Of a stretch of 32,140 bases of DNA, positions 10,486-19,079 are shown in pieces. The notes below the pieces were generated by a model. That model saw nothing but the letters and a program-made list of their open reading frames with translations, was not told where the DNA came from and did not search any database. Both the position numbers and the translations under genes were made by a program. The DNA lies in the IMG/VR virus record IMGVR_UViG_3300028923_000004, positions 1 through 32,140 of that record; one strand, 5' to 3'. The first letter of the stretch is position 1, and every line of letters starts with the position of its first letter. The stretch is from a virus. Its lineage: Duplodnaviria > Caudoviricetes.

Positions 10486-11106
10486 TCAAGTTTGTTTTTG
10501 TGTTATGGTTGAATAATTCTTTTTTCCATCACGCCCAAAGACTTCCTTTGCGAGCGCATAAGCTTCCTCTGATTTTCCCAAGTCCGGATTATTCCACTTA
10601 ACACCAGCACCAAAATAATCGGGGTGAAAGTGGTTCATGTCCGAACCCTGGCTAGTTACTTGCTGGTTGGGGTTTCCTTCAAAGGTGAAGGAATGATCTA
10701 CACCAACCAGCAGAATAGTACTGAAACCAAAGAAATATGCAAGTTGCAGGCAAACATAAGTTACGGTGTACCCTTCATAAATGTAGGCTCTTGGGTTCAT
10801 TGAAAAAGTTACAAAGGGCGTCGATGATAGCCCAAGAGATAAGTGGATGTTGGAAACATATTTCTCCGGAAGGAACTTAGCTTCGCACTCAATAGACTTG
10901 ATCTGCTCAATACTCTGGTCAATAACAAGCGGGTTTACACTGCAGTAATAGGTTGGAGTAAAACTGTCTAGCAAATAAATACGATTAGTTCCAAAGGAAG
11001 GATATTTTTTCAAGAATGAAACAGAAATATCATTCAAACTTGGTCCGTTACCTATAACCAGGCATGTTTGCCCTTCATGCTTCTTGTAAAAATCATTCCA
11101 GTTCAT
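10486..11106 (-). CDS. DUF115 / Maf (MptE-like) domain protein, putative sugar transferase
   Basis: CLVIGNGPSL, GTNRIY, PTYYCSV, TVTYVCLQLAYFFGFSTILLVGVDH, NHFHPDY; last ~12 codons probably frameshifted. Confidence 0.8.
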   Translation of the reverse strand: MNWNDFYKKHEGQTCLVIGNGPSLNDISVSFLKKYPSFGTNRIYLLDSFTPTYYCSVNPLVIDQSIEQIKSIECEAKFLPEKYVSNIHLSLGLSSTPFVTFSMNPRAYIYEGYTVTYVCLQLAYFFGFSTILLVGVDHSFTFEGNPNQQVTSQGSDMNHFHPDYFGAGVKWNNPDLGKSEEAYALAKEVFGRDGKKNYSTITQKQT

Positions 11107-11954
11107 TGCGCTGCTTCCTGTTTCTTTTCTTCTTCAAACTGCGTAACGACCATTCCTTTTTCACTGATCGCATTTCTAAAATCGTCAACCCCTATTTTCT
11201 TTGTGGTAATGTGCTCACTTGTGGTCGTGGTATCAACATACATCCCAATACCATACTTATTGCAATTTCTTGAGAAGCCCATATCTTCACCCGGGAAAAC
11301 ATTTTCCCAAGTTCTCTCATAAACGTTATAGAACCAAGGCGGGGGCATGATCTCAAAGACTTCTCTTGCGATCATTACTGATCCTGTGCCGATCGCATCC
11401 ACTTTCAGCAAACCATCAGTCCAGGCAACTGGAGCATAAATATTCCCATCTTTTCCAAACAAATGGCAGCAAGGGTCATGCGGGTATGATCTACGAAAAT
11501 TCAAACTACCAACAACCTGAATATTTTTTCTAATACCATTCTCTGGAATGTATTTATCCATCAAGAACCAGCGTGCTAATCTTGGGATAATATCGAATGG
11601 GTGCGCATGATCTATATCAAGCATTAGTAAGTGAGTAAAATCGCTCTCAAGAAGTTTCATAGCAGCTGTATTTCTTGCTAGATCTGTTCGGGTGTAATTT
11701 ATGTTCAACTGCGCCGCACCCATCGACCAGATCAAAGCGAGCGGGTCAAGAACTTCATCAGCATAAGCAATACAACGCTCTTTCAAAACAACCATAGCAA
11801 TCTTCATTGATCGCCATTTCATAATTGGAACTGACATGAGTTCATCTTCAATAATCTTGCGCTTGCGTTCGATCTCTGATTGCTCTTTTACAATGTGCTG
11901 CCTGATCTGTGCTTCTTGAACTTTCCTATTTTGTTTATTCGCTTTTTTACTCAA
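11103..11954 (-). CDS. GT-A fold glycosyltransferase-like protein
   Basis: DLARN...L..DFTHLLMLDID (DxD), VDAIGTGSVMIAREVF, PWF, GEDMGFS, VDTT...H. Confidence 0.8.
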   Translation of the reverse strand: MSKKANKQNRKVQEAQIRQHIVKEQSEIERKRKIIEDELMSVPIMKWRSMKIAMVVLKERCIAYADEVLDPLALIWSMGAAQLNINYTRTDLARNTAAMKLLESDFTHLLMLDIDHAHPFDIIPRLARWFLMDKYIPENGIRKNIQVVGSLNFRRSYPHDPCCHLFGKDGNIYAPVAWTDGLLKVDAIGTGSVMIAREVFEIMPPPWFYNVYERTWENVFPGEDMGFSRNCNKYGIGMYVDTTTTSEHITTKKIGVDDFRNAISEKGMVVTQFEEEKKQEAAQ

Positions 11955-11967
11955 TTCTTTTTGTCCT

Positions 11968-12417
11968 TTATGAATTTATTGATCTGATCTGAATATCTTT
12001 TACATGGAACTCATAACCGAGCATATTCTTTTCTTCATTAGGTACTGCGTAACTCATTGCGATAAGCCCTGACGTTAGAATTTCCCCAATACCATCAACC
12101 GTATTATTGAATTGATCTGAATAAAAGCTTCTATAAATTGCATTGGGTACTTGATCTGAAAAAAAAGAAGCCTGTTTCGCTGATTTTTCGAGATCATTCC
12201 GGGCAATATAAACTTGCACAATAACCGTTACTCTCCCTCGTTTACTTCCATAAGTACCGCCTGCTGTGTCTGGCTGCCAAGTGCCTGCCCCTTCAAAAGC
12301 GACTGAGCAAGGATACATAGAGATCTTTTCAGGTGGGAACAGTGGTGCTCGTGTCATTCCCGGAATAGTACTAACAACTTTTTGAACCTCTCTGATTACA
12401 TCATTGATCGTTGACAC
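11968..12417 (-). CDS. Putative tail terminator / tail completion protein
   Basis: 149 aa, size and alpha/beta pattern of gp17/gpU-like proteins; follows the connector. Confidence 0.6.
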   Translation of the reverse strand: MSTINDVIREVQKVVSTIPGMTRAPLFPPEKISMYPCSVAFEGAGTWQPDTAGGTYGSKRGRVTVIVQVYIARNDLEKSAKQASFFSDQVPNAIYRSFYSDQFNNTVDGIGEILTSGLIAMSYAVPNEEKNMLGYEFHVKDIQIRSINS

Positions 12418-13250
12418 TAAAACCGCCTTATGAATGGGGCTAGTAGGTTCTGAACATCACTATCAACCTTTGAAACAAACTGCATTACTCCGAATTGATT
12501 AGTACCAGCAACGCCAAATGGGGTATCCTTCCGTTTAGCCAACCTTGAAGCTAAAATCAAGCAGGCTTGCTTTATCTCTGCTGGTGCACTCCCTAAAGCA
12601 TTATTTCCAAAAGAACCAACAATCTGAACACCACCCTCAACTGAAATAGGGAAGGTATAGTTACCATTCATGCGGGTTCTAATCCAGGTATAGGGTTTAT
12701 TATCAAGGTTCGCATTCATTGGCATTAGCTGATAATCACCAGTAGTCCAGGTGGTTTCATAAACTCCGTCACCATCCTCATCAGTTTTGAGCGAGGTAAC
12801 ACTCAATAGATCAGGAACGTTGAGGACGTTTGGCTCATCAGCGTCAAATAACCTTGTTTCAGAAGTTGAATAAAATTTTCTATTGCAGAATTTTTCTATT
12901 GCTCTTGAAGCGGCATTGATCGCATTTTCATAGGTCGTATCATTCTTAGTAACATCATGGACTGATAAAGTAAAAAGCGTTCCTGCTACTTCATCAGTCA
13001 AGGTATCTGATACAACAATCTCGCCAGCCGAGATCGAAACAATGCTTAGGTAGCCATCATTGTGAGTTGTTCCATCAACTTTGATAAGCGCGCCATCATT
13101 GAAAGCCTGCTCAAACCGTTTCAATCCATAAGCGCTATCTGTGATTTTCTTCGTGGAAGCCACAAAAGCGATTGTGGTTGCCTGATAAACAAATTCATCA
13201 GCAATATATTCTTTTAACTCTGCCAGGGTGCAATAGCCATTTGTAATCAT
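12417..13250 (-). CDS. Head-tail connector (gp6-like adaptor) with inserted domain
   Basis: YCTLAELKEYI N-terminus; INAASRAIEKFCNRKF, PAEIKQACLILASRL, DVQNLLAPF C-terminus. Confidence 0.85.
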   Translation of the reverse strand: MITNGYCTLAELKEYIADEFVYQATTIAFVASTKKITDSAYGLKRFEQAFNDGALIKVDGTTHNDGYLSIVSISAGEIVVSDTLTDEVAGTLFTLSVHDVTKNDTTYENAINAASRAIEKFCNRKFYSTSETRLFDADEPNVLNVPDLLSVTSLKTDEDGDGVYETTWTTGDYQLMPMNANLDNKPYTWIRTRMNGNYTFPISVEGGVQIVGSFGNNALGSAPAEIKQACLILASRLAKRKDTPFGVAGTNQFGVMQFVSKVDSDVQNLLAPFIRRF

Positions 13251-13253
13251 GGT

Positions 13254-13451
13254 TTATTCTTCTTGATTACCACTTTTGATTTTTATTGCTTCTTTCAAAA
13301 CTGCAGCATGCAATACTTTTACTTTTGCCTGGTTATCTAAAGCCTTGTGATCGCCCAGGTTGTTAATAAAGAAATCCGCGGGGTCTGGTTGTCCTTCGCG
13401 GGTCGTTGATTTTGCATTGTTTTGATTAGGACGTAAGATTTTTATTGTCAT
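13254..13451 (-). CDS. Small hypothetical protein (65 aa; start at 13451 preferred)
   Basis: AAGGA precedes ATG 13451; the longer TTG start in the ORF track runs through a hairpin. Confidence 0.55.
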   Translation of the reverse strand: MTIKILRPNQNNAKSTTREGQPDPADFFINNLGDHKALDNQAKVKVLHAAVLKEAIKIKSGNQEE

Positions 13452-13460
13452 AATTCCTTG

Positions 13461-13483
13461 TGCCCGGGAATTACACCCGGGCA
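13461..13483. other. GC-rich hairpin after capsid/decoration genes
   Basis: Perfect 8-bp inverted repeat TGCCCGGG-N7-CCCGGGCA, no U-tract. Confidence 0.6.
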
Positions 13484-13498
13484 ATGCTCATACTCAGC

Positions 13499-13918
13499 TT
13501 ATAGAACCACTTTCTGGGTAGGACTATCCGTGCCTGGTTCAAGCACTCCATTGTAGAGAACTGCAAGGGCAGCGAATACGCCTTGAGCAGTTCCACAGGT
13601 TGCAGCAAGTTTCAGGTAGGGGTAACTTTCATTGACCGGAAGATCAATCAAGTAAACTTTTGAAGCCCCTGCGCTGGTTACATTGGTAAGGGCAGCACTG
13701 GTGATATTCGCAAAAGTCCCGCCGCTAGTAGCGGCTTGCTGTGCCTTACACTCAAGCACACAGTTTGCATCCATAGCCCCGGTCATAATAAGAAAAGCAC
13801 ATCGGGCGAAACCGGAAGCATTCACTTCGGTTGCGGTTACCGCGTGCCCGGTCGTTCCTTCAATAGGAACGACCGCTTTTACGATATTTGAATAGGCGAG
13901 TAAGCTTTCCATTTTCAT
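13499..13918 (-). CDS. Putative capsid decoration/cement protein
   Basis: 139 aa, Ala/Thr-rich beta protein directly after the capsid gene. Confidence 0.6.
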   Translation of the reverse strand: MKMESLLAYSNIVKAVVPIEGTTGHAVTATEVNASGFARCAFLIMTGAMDANCVLECKAQQAATSGGTFANITSAALTNVTSAGASKVYLIDLPVNESYPYLKLAATCGTAQGVFAALAVLYNGVLEPGTDSPTQKVVL

Positions 13919-13930
13919 TGGTTCACCATC

Positions 13931-15808
13931 TTATGCCTGTGTACCGATCTGGAAGGCTTCCGCCTGCAATACCGCGCCACCCCAACGAATTCGAGCAAAA
14001 ATACCGATCTGCCCGGACGCTTCATAAAGATAGGGGTTTCGAGTAATCAGCATTCCGGAGCGTTCAGCGATCGCATAACGCGACCAGTCACCAACGACTA
14101 GCGACTTTTTCCCGGTAGTGCTATAAGCTTCCATAGAAGCTGAGGGATAAGCAGGCTTTTGCCACAAGAACCAGGGATTACCGGGTCCGGCGGGTGGTTG
14201 GAATAACTGGAATTGATTACCAGTCAAGCCCATGAGATAGCCCATAGTAGCGGACTGCAAGGACCAAACCGCATTATCCATATAAGCGTCTTTCAGCTTA
14301 TAGAATAATTGGGGAATTTCAGAAGCGGCGATCGCATTAGTATCAGCGAAAGTCAAGCCTGCAGTTCCACCAACCAATACACCTTGAGGAACACTAGTAC
14401 CACTTCCAGCAATAGTGTATTTATTTTCGTGAACCGCATACCGCCCTACGATCATATCCCGCAACCAACCCTCAAGGTTAGTCTTATTATCTGCAGCGAG
14501 TTCTTCCGAAATCTTAATGAGAAGGGTTGCCTTTTTTACACTGATAGCCACGCTATCAACCTGCGGTTCATCTTCATTGTATGAAGCTTCTTCTGCAGTG
14601 AAGGCGAAATCCGCTTGCGTTCCTTCTTTGGGAACATTCACAACATCTAAAGATGTAGGAATAACCAAAGCACCAGCTTTGCGGGCAATAGCTTTTTCAT
14701 TCTTTTTCGAGATGATCTGACCGTAAAAATCTTCGGGGACTAAGTAACCGCCTTCGGTTGCTGTTCCTTCCTGCATGGCTGCTTTCACATCCGCGTCGTC
14801 AATTCCGATCGCACGGATACAACCCGCGTGATCTGCAGCTTTCCGATCACCAGTAATTACCCAGTGGCAAAAAGCCTTGGTTGCGTCTTGGGAAAAGCCC
14901 ATATCGGAAACCTTTTTTAATGCAGGGGCTTTTAGTCCACCTTCGGGATTACCGGGTTCATTGAAAAGTTTTTTCAGTTCATCACCGAGAGAAGTGATCT
15001 GTGCGGTAATTTCTTCCTGAAACTTTGCCTGATCGGCTTTCATTTTGGCGTTATCTTCAATTACTGACTTGAGCAGTAAACCGTTTTCTACGTCGTCGAT
15101 TTTTCCATTATTATCATTACCCATTTTTTCTTTTTCCTTTTTGTGTTCATTGATTGTTTCTGTGTTCAAGGGCACATCATCACCTATTGCAGCCTTTACC
15201 ATTGCGGTCTTTGCTTCAATCTTTTGGATTGCTGCACTCTTGTTCTCAACTATTGCGTAATCATTTGCTGGTAATCGCCATTCGTTCGTATCGAATAAAG
15301 CCAACTCCCCCACTGCCCAGCTGTCGATCATTCCGTTATCTTGTATTCTTACTAAATGCCCCACTGCACCAGAAGAAGCCCTGCAAGCTTCGGGGTCAAT
15401 AAGAATTCGTTTAGCCAAAGGTTCTTCACTATCAAGCTTTACATCGAACCAGTGTCCCTTTTTATCTTTTCCTGTATAAACTGCTCGCCCAATACAAACG
15501 GGTTCTTCTTGCCACTCATAGGGATCATCGGGTCCAAAACCATGGTAATAAGTAACTGGAACGCTATCGCCCTCGTTTAACCAGATATTGGTTTCTTCCC
15601 AAAAGGCTTCACCTACTGCGTCGCGTCCAGAATAGGGACCACTAAAAGGAACACCTAAAACCTGCAAAACAGGGCTGTCATATTCTTCAAAAGGCTTCAA
15701 GGACTTATAGCTTTTTAAGTCCTTCGATTTTCTACTAATAACCTTGTTATCAGTCAAAATCTTTATATGTAATGTGCTGTCGTTGTTTTCTACTTTGTTA
15801 TTCTTCAT
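13931..15808 (-). CDS. Prohead protease - major capsid protein fusion (HK97 fold)
   Basis: N-terminal protease-like part (D..GEAF, YYHG, ASSG, ELAL...PAN), coiled coil, then EGGYLVPEDF, KISEELAAD, VVGDWSRY, NPY....GQIGIFARIRWGG. Confidence 0.92.
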   Translation of the reverse strand: MKNNKVENNDSTLHIKILTDNKVISRKSKDLKSYKSLKPFEEYDSPVLQVLGVPFSGPYSGRDAVGEAFWEETNIWLNEGDSVPVTYYHGFGPDDPYEWQEEPVCIGRAVYTGKDKKGHWFDVKLDSEEPLAKRILIDPEACRASSGAVGHLVRIQDNGMIDSWAVGELALFDTNEWRLPANDYAIVENKSAAIQKIEAKTAMVKAAIGDDVPLNTETINEHKKEKEKMGNDNNGKIDDVENGLLLKSVIEDNAKMKADQAKFQEEITAQITSLGDELKKLFNEPGNPEGGLKAPALKKVSDMGFSQDATKAFCHWVITGDRKAADHAGCIRAIGIDDADVKAAMQEGTATEGGYLVPEDFYGQIISKKNEKAIARKAGALVIPTSLDVVNVPKEGTQADFAFTAEEASYNEDEPQVDSVAISVKKATLLIKISEELAADNKTNLEGWLRDMIVGRYAVHENKYTIAGSGTSVPQGVLVGGTAGLTFADTNAIAASEIPQLFYKLKDAYMDNAVWSLQSATMGYLMGLTGNQFQLFQPPAGPGNPWFLWQKPAYPSASMEAYSTTGKKSLVVGDWSRYAIAERSGMLITRNPYLYEASGQIGIFARIRWGGAVLQAEAFQIGTQA

Positions 15809-15817
15809 AGTCGCCTT

Positions 15818-15852
15818 AAACGAAAAACCGCCTGATCTAATAATCAGGCGGT
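15818..15852 (-). terminator. Intrinsic terminator immediately upstream of the capsid RBS
   Basis: 10-bp stem ACCGCCTGAT/ATCAGGCGGT (15827-15852), 6-nt loop, followed by TTTTCGTTT on the minus strand. Confidence 0.8.
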
Positions 15853-15933
15853 AAACTCTGAAAAGTATGCCCTGGTAATAAACCAGGCGTCCTTGAATAT
15901 TCAGTTGTTGAATGTTACTATCACATTATATCA
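15818..15933 (-). promoter_or_regulatory. Structured late leader, copy A (promoter + hairpin + terminator)
   Basis: TGaTATAAT (15933-15925), AACTGAATA, CCTGGT/ACCAGG hairpin, TCAGAGTTTACCGCCTGA block; homologous to 22737-22836. Confidence 0.75.
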
Positions 15934-15935
15934 AA

Positions 15936-16316
15936 TTAAATTCCCAAAATGCGATTAATTTCTTTTTGAATTTCAGCAGTAACTTGATCTTGGTAGGCGT
16001 CCTTAGCCTGCCTTGTAGTCATCCATCCGGTTGCAGCATGAAAAGAGGTCTGCTGATCTCCCTGAACATAAGGACCATAAGAGGTATTATTTCCAACCTC
16101 AACCTCTAAAAATCCAGCTTGTTGAATAGTCCACTTCCTACCCAAACGACCAGTTCTTGTATAAGTTGATTGTGGTGGTTTAGGTGGATAAACAGCAATA
16201 CCGGCCTTTACCGTTTCACCACCAGCAAAAAGCCCCGCTTGAACTGCAGGATAAAGCTTAGCAAACTTTTCAATTAATTGGGTATCTCCGCTGATTGTGA
16301 AAATGATCGCTGGCAT
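15936..16316 (-). CDS. HK97 gp10-like / Mu gpG-like virion morphogenesis protein
   Basis: YTRTGRLGRKW, VGNNTSYGPYVQG motifs. Confidence 0.75.
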   Translation of the reverse strand: MPAIIFTISGDTQLIEKFAKLYPAVQAGLFAGGETVKAGIAVYPPKPPQSTYTRTGRLGRKWTIQQAGFLEVEVGNNTSYGPYVQGDQQTSFHAATGWMTTRQAKDAYQDQVTAEIQKEINRILGI

Positions 16317-16600
16317 TATTTCAATTCTTCCTTTACCTGCTTTACGAAATCTTCTTTCAATTCAGCAATAAAATAAAAAGTAACCCAACCGCATATACCT
16401 TCTTGGGTTTTTACCTTTACTCCGTTTTCAGTTCTTTTCAAGAAGGTAACTTTATCACCATGTTTTACAGTGGCGTTTATTCCCTTTTTTCTTTCCTTAT
16501 AATCAACGAATAGGTTTACTTTTTCTATGGTTGTATTTGTGTAAGGGTCATATCCATCGATCGAAATTTCTTTATTCTTTTCCAGTACTGGTATATACAT
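16316..16600 (-). CDS. Small SH3-like domain protein
   Basis: VKHGDKVTFLKR...VKVKTQEGICGWV pattern resembles bacterial SH3; GAGGA upstream of the ATG. Confidence 0.5.
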   Translation of the reverse strand: MYIPVLEKNKEISIDGYDPYTNTTIEKVNLFVDYKERKKGINATVKHGDKVTFLKRTENGVKVKTQEGICGWVTFYFIAELKEDFVKQVKEELK

Positions 16601-17319
16601 TTTGTTTTATCCTCTGTAATTTTTATCTTATCAATCAAAAGCGCCTTTACTTCCTCTGCAAGTGCATGGTTCAGCCAACATCTACACCAGGGGTGTGCGG
16701 GCGGTGGGTCTTGCCAATCAATACCCATTACCTTACCATCCCGCTCACCACAAACAATACAAACCTTCTCATCCTTTGCGGTTTGCCAGGTGGTAACAAG
16801 CCTCATACCTGTTTCAAGTTCAATAAAATTCACTATGGTTAGTTCGCCCTCGCTGGCTGCGCGAGTAATTTCAGTAACAGCGATTTTCTCTGCCCTTATA
16901 GGTCCGAAGATAGGGGTTAATAAATTCCTAATCTCACTCATAGAGAGATCATCACGAAAGAATTTTTCAATTGCGTTCCTCAACATTTGCCTTGAGGTAT
17001 CAGTAATATCAGAAATCAAGTCAAACATATAGTTATTTGCCCAGGTGATCGCCCACTCATGCACAACTGACCACTCAGCACCCATCTCAAGATCAGTGAT
17101 TAGTCCCGTTGCACTCTGTAAAAAAACACCTGCAAGGACTGGTTCTATAGCTTCTCTTATCTTTTGACCCGCTCCATCCCAAAATGCCATAGGCACATTA
17201 TCGAAAGAAGGCGGGTCGCCAATCAGTCGAATAATATCGTCAAGAAGATATTGAAAATCTTCCCCAAGTACTTCTGCTAATTCTTCTTCAAGTTTTTCCC
17301 TATCTATTAGTTCTGCCAT
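16525..17319 (-). CDS. Minor head protein (MuF / SPP1 gp7 family)
   Basis: RAEKIAVTEITRA, WQTAKDEKVCIVC, PPAHPWCRC. Confidence 0.9.
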   Translation of the reverse strand: MAELIDREKLEEELAEVLGEDFQYLLDDIIRLIGDPPSFDNVPMAFWDGAGQKIREAIEPVLAGVFLQSATGLITDLEMGAEWSVVHEWAITWANNYMFDLISDITDTSRQMLRNAIEKFFRDDLSMSEIRNLLTPIFGPIRAEKIAVTEITRAASEGELTIVNFIELETGMRLVTTWQTAKDEKVCIVCGERDGKVMGIDWQDPPPAHPWCRCWLNHALAEEVKALLIDKIKITEDKTKCIYQYWKRIKKFRSMDMTLTQIQP

Positions 17320-17323
17320 GTTA

Positions 17324-17617
17324 TCAATTCTCTAAAACACATTCATCGAGGTAACTGGCTGACAAGATCAATGAACCAGTTCCATAAATTACAGGAGAAC
17401 AGGCAGCCGCTGTTGATAAGGCACAAGCATTCAGCTTTATAGTTGTCTGTGGCATTATTCCTATATGCAGATCGCCGGGGAATAACTCTTTTGCCTTTTC
17501 TTTCTCACTTATTGGTTTTGGTGCACCACAACAGGCGCAATTACCTCACTGATCTCGATATGACCAACTACCACAATATTCGCAATATTCAGGTTTATTG
17601 ATCTTCTTTTCACTCAT
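17324..17617 (-). pseudogene. Zn-ribbon ORF with one in-frame TGA (codon 24); not in ORF track
   Basis: MSEKKINKPEYCEYCGSWSYRDQ*GNCACCGAP... stays open 73 more codons to a stop 4 nt before the MuF ATG. Confidence 0.65.
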
Positions 17618-17623
17618 GTTTTT

Positions 17624-17632
17624 ATTATAACA
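17624..17632 (-). promoter_or_regulatory. Extended -10 promoter, probably leaderless transcript
   Basis: TGTTATAAT 6 nt upstream of ATG 17617; no SD. Confidence 0.6.
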
Positions 17633-17640
17633 ACTCTTGT

Positions 17641-19068
17641 TTATGGATATTTTTCCCAACGTAAGGCATCTGCGAAAATTCCCTTGATCGCTTCTACGCT
17701 CTTAGCCATAGTGAGCGCACCATTGATCGCGCTATAAAGAGTTGATGGGATTACTTCGGAAGTAAAGCTTCGCTTAGGAAGTGTGCGATCCTTCTTGAAG
17801 TTTTTTATTACAAAACGTTCCCATGTTTTGAGTTCTTCTACAAGTGCTTTTCTCGGTGAACCATCATCAAGGGCAAGGTCATCATTATCCTGGTCGGTGT
17901 TGGTATCATCCTGGTTAGTACTCTGATCTTCAACCTCATCTAAAGTAGGGTATTCCATTCCCTCAGGTAACTCAATGCCAAGAATTTGAGCAGCAACACT
18001 TCGTTTCATGCCGGCTTGAACATAGTTATAGAACGAAGCGCTTCGGCTTTCCTCATCTTCTTGAAAAATATCAAGTTCCTCAAAGGCAAAATGAATTCGT
18101 ACATTTTTTCCAAACAAAGGCTGCAAGTATTTTGTATTGATAATTCTTTCAAATTTCGTACCTCTTGGCTGAATGGTATCGCTCCAAAAACTTTCGCGGT
18201 GTTCTTTGGCAGTCGCATAATTCGCCGCGTCTGTAAGCATGGTTTGCGGAATACCAAAGGCGTGAGCAACATCTTGGATCGCTTGTGCCTTTAGATCAGG
18301 CGTAGCCAGGTCTTTCATTCTAGGGGTAAGGGTTTGAAAAGTAATACCATTCGTTCCAAGTACCAGCGATCTAAAAGCATTTCTTATACCAGTAACCTGC
18401 TTCTTGAACCAACCATCAATACGCTTTCGCTCATTCTCATCTGCTAAACCATCAATACCCACAATGGTCGCGGGCATAGCCCCTTCTTTGAAATAGACTG
18501 CAGCGAACCTTGGCATATAGCGTAATAGTTGAGCGTCAACAAGGCTTACTTCAACAGGTGATACACCAGGTCCAACATCATCGGTTGGGTTGAAATCCCT
18601 AAAATAAATAACCCTATCCTCACCCCACGGACCACCTCTCGGAAAAGCATTTTCCTGTATGAAGCTGATCTCATTGGTTTGCTCATCTCTTTTCACGATC
18701 ATTGAATAGGGGTTCAGCCATTGAAGCCCTGAATACTTTACCTTATTCTTTAGCCTCAACCAAAAGCCCGCACCAGTAAGAAGTAAAGAAGCTTCTGTTC
18801 TCCAGATCAGATCTATAAGATCAACGCCTGGAAAAAATCGCTCAATGTCTTTTACCTCTTTATCATTCTCATAAATTCTTATGGGCGGTTTTACCAGGCT
18901 ATCACAACGCAAATTCAATGCCCGGAAAACTAACGAAACCCTGGAAAATGCTTCTGATGAAGTGCTTACATCTTCTCCAGCTTCGAGGTTTTCAACCCAT
19001 CCGGGAATAGTTACGATCGCTTTTGTATTTCTACCTTTGATCTGCTGTATTGAGTATAGTTTGTTCAT
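17641..19068 (-). CDS. Portal protein (HK97 family)
   Basis: LLLTGAGF, LNP..M, VIYFRDFNP....GVSP, YFKEGAMP, VAHAFGIP..L...NYA, FW.DTIQP. Confidence 0.93.
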   Translation of the reverse strand: MNKLYSIQQIKGRNTKAIVTIPGWVENLEAGEDVSTSSEAFSRVSLVFRALNLRCDSLVKPPIRIYENDKEVKDIERFFPGVDLIDLIWRTEASLLLTGAGFWLRLKNKVKYSGLQWLNPYSMIVKRDEQTNEISFIQENAFPRGGPWGEDRVIYFRDFNPTDDVGPGVSPVEVSLVDAQLLRYMPRFAAVYFKEGAMPATIVGIDGLADENERKRIDGWFKKQVTGIRNAFRSLVLGTNGITFQTLTPRMKDLATPDLKAQAIQDVAHAFGIPQTMLTDAANYATAKEHRESFWSDTIQPRGTKFERIINTKYLQPLFGKNVRIHFAFEELDIFQEDEESRSASFYNYVQAGMKRSVAAQILGIELPEGMEYPTLDEVEDQSTNQDDTNTDQDNDDLALDDGSPRKALVEELKTWERFVIKNFKKDRTLPKRSFTSEVIPSTLYSAINGALTMAKSVEAIKGIFADALRWEKYP

Positions 19069-19079
19069 TGTTTTTATCC

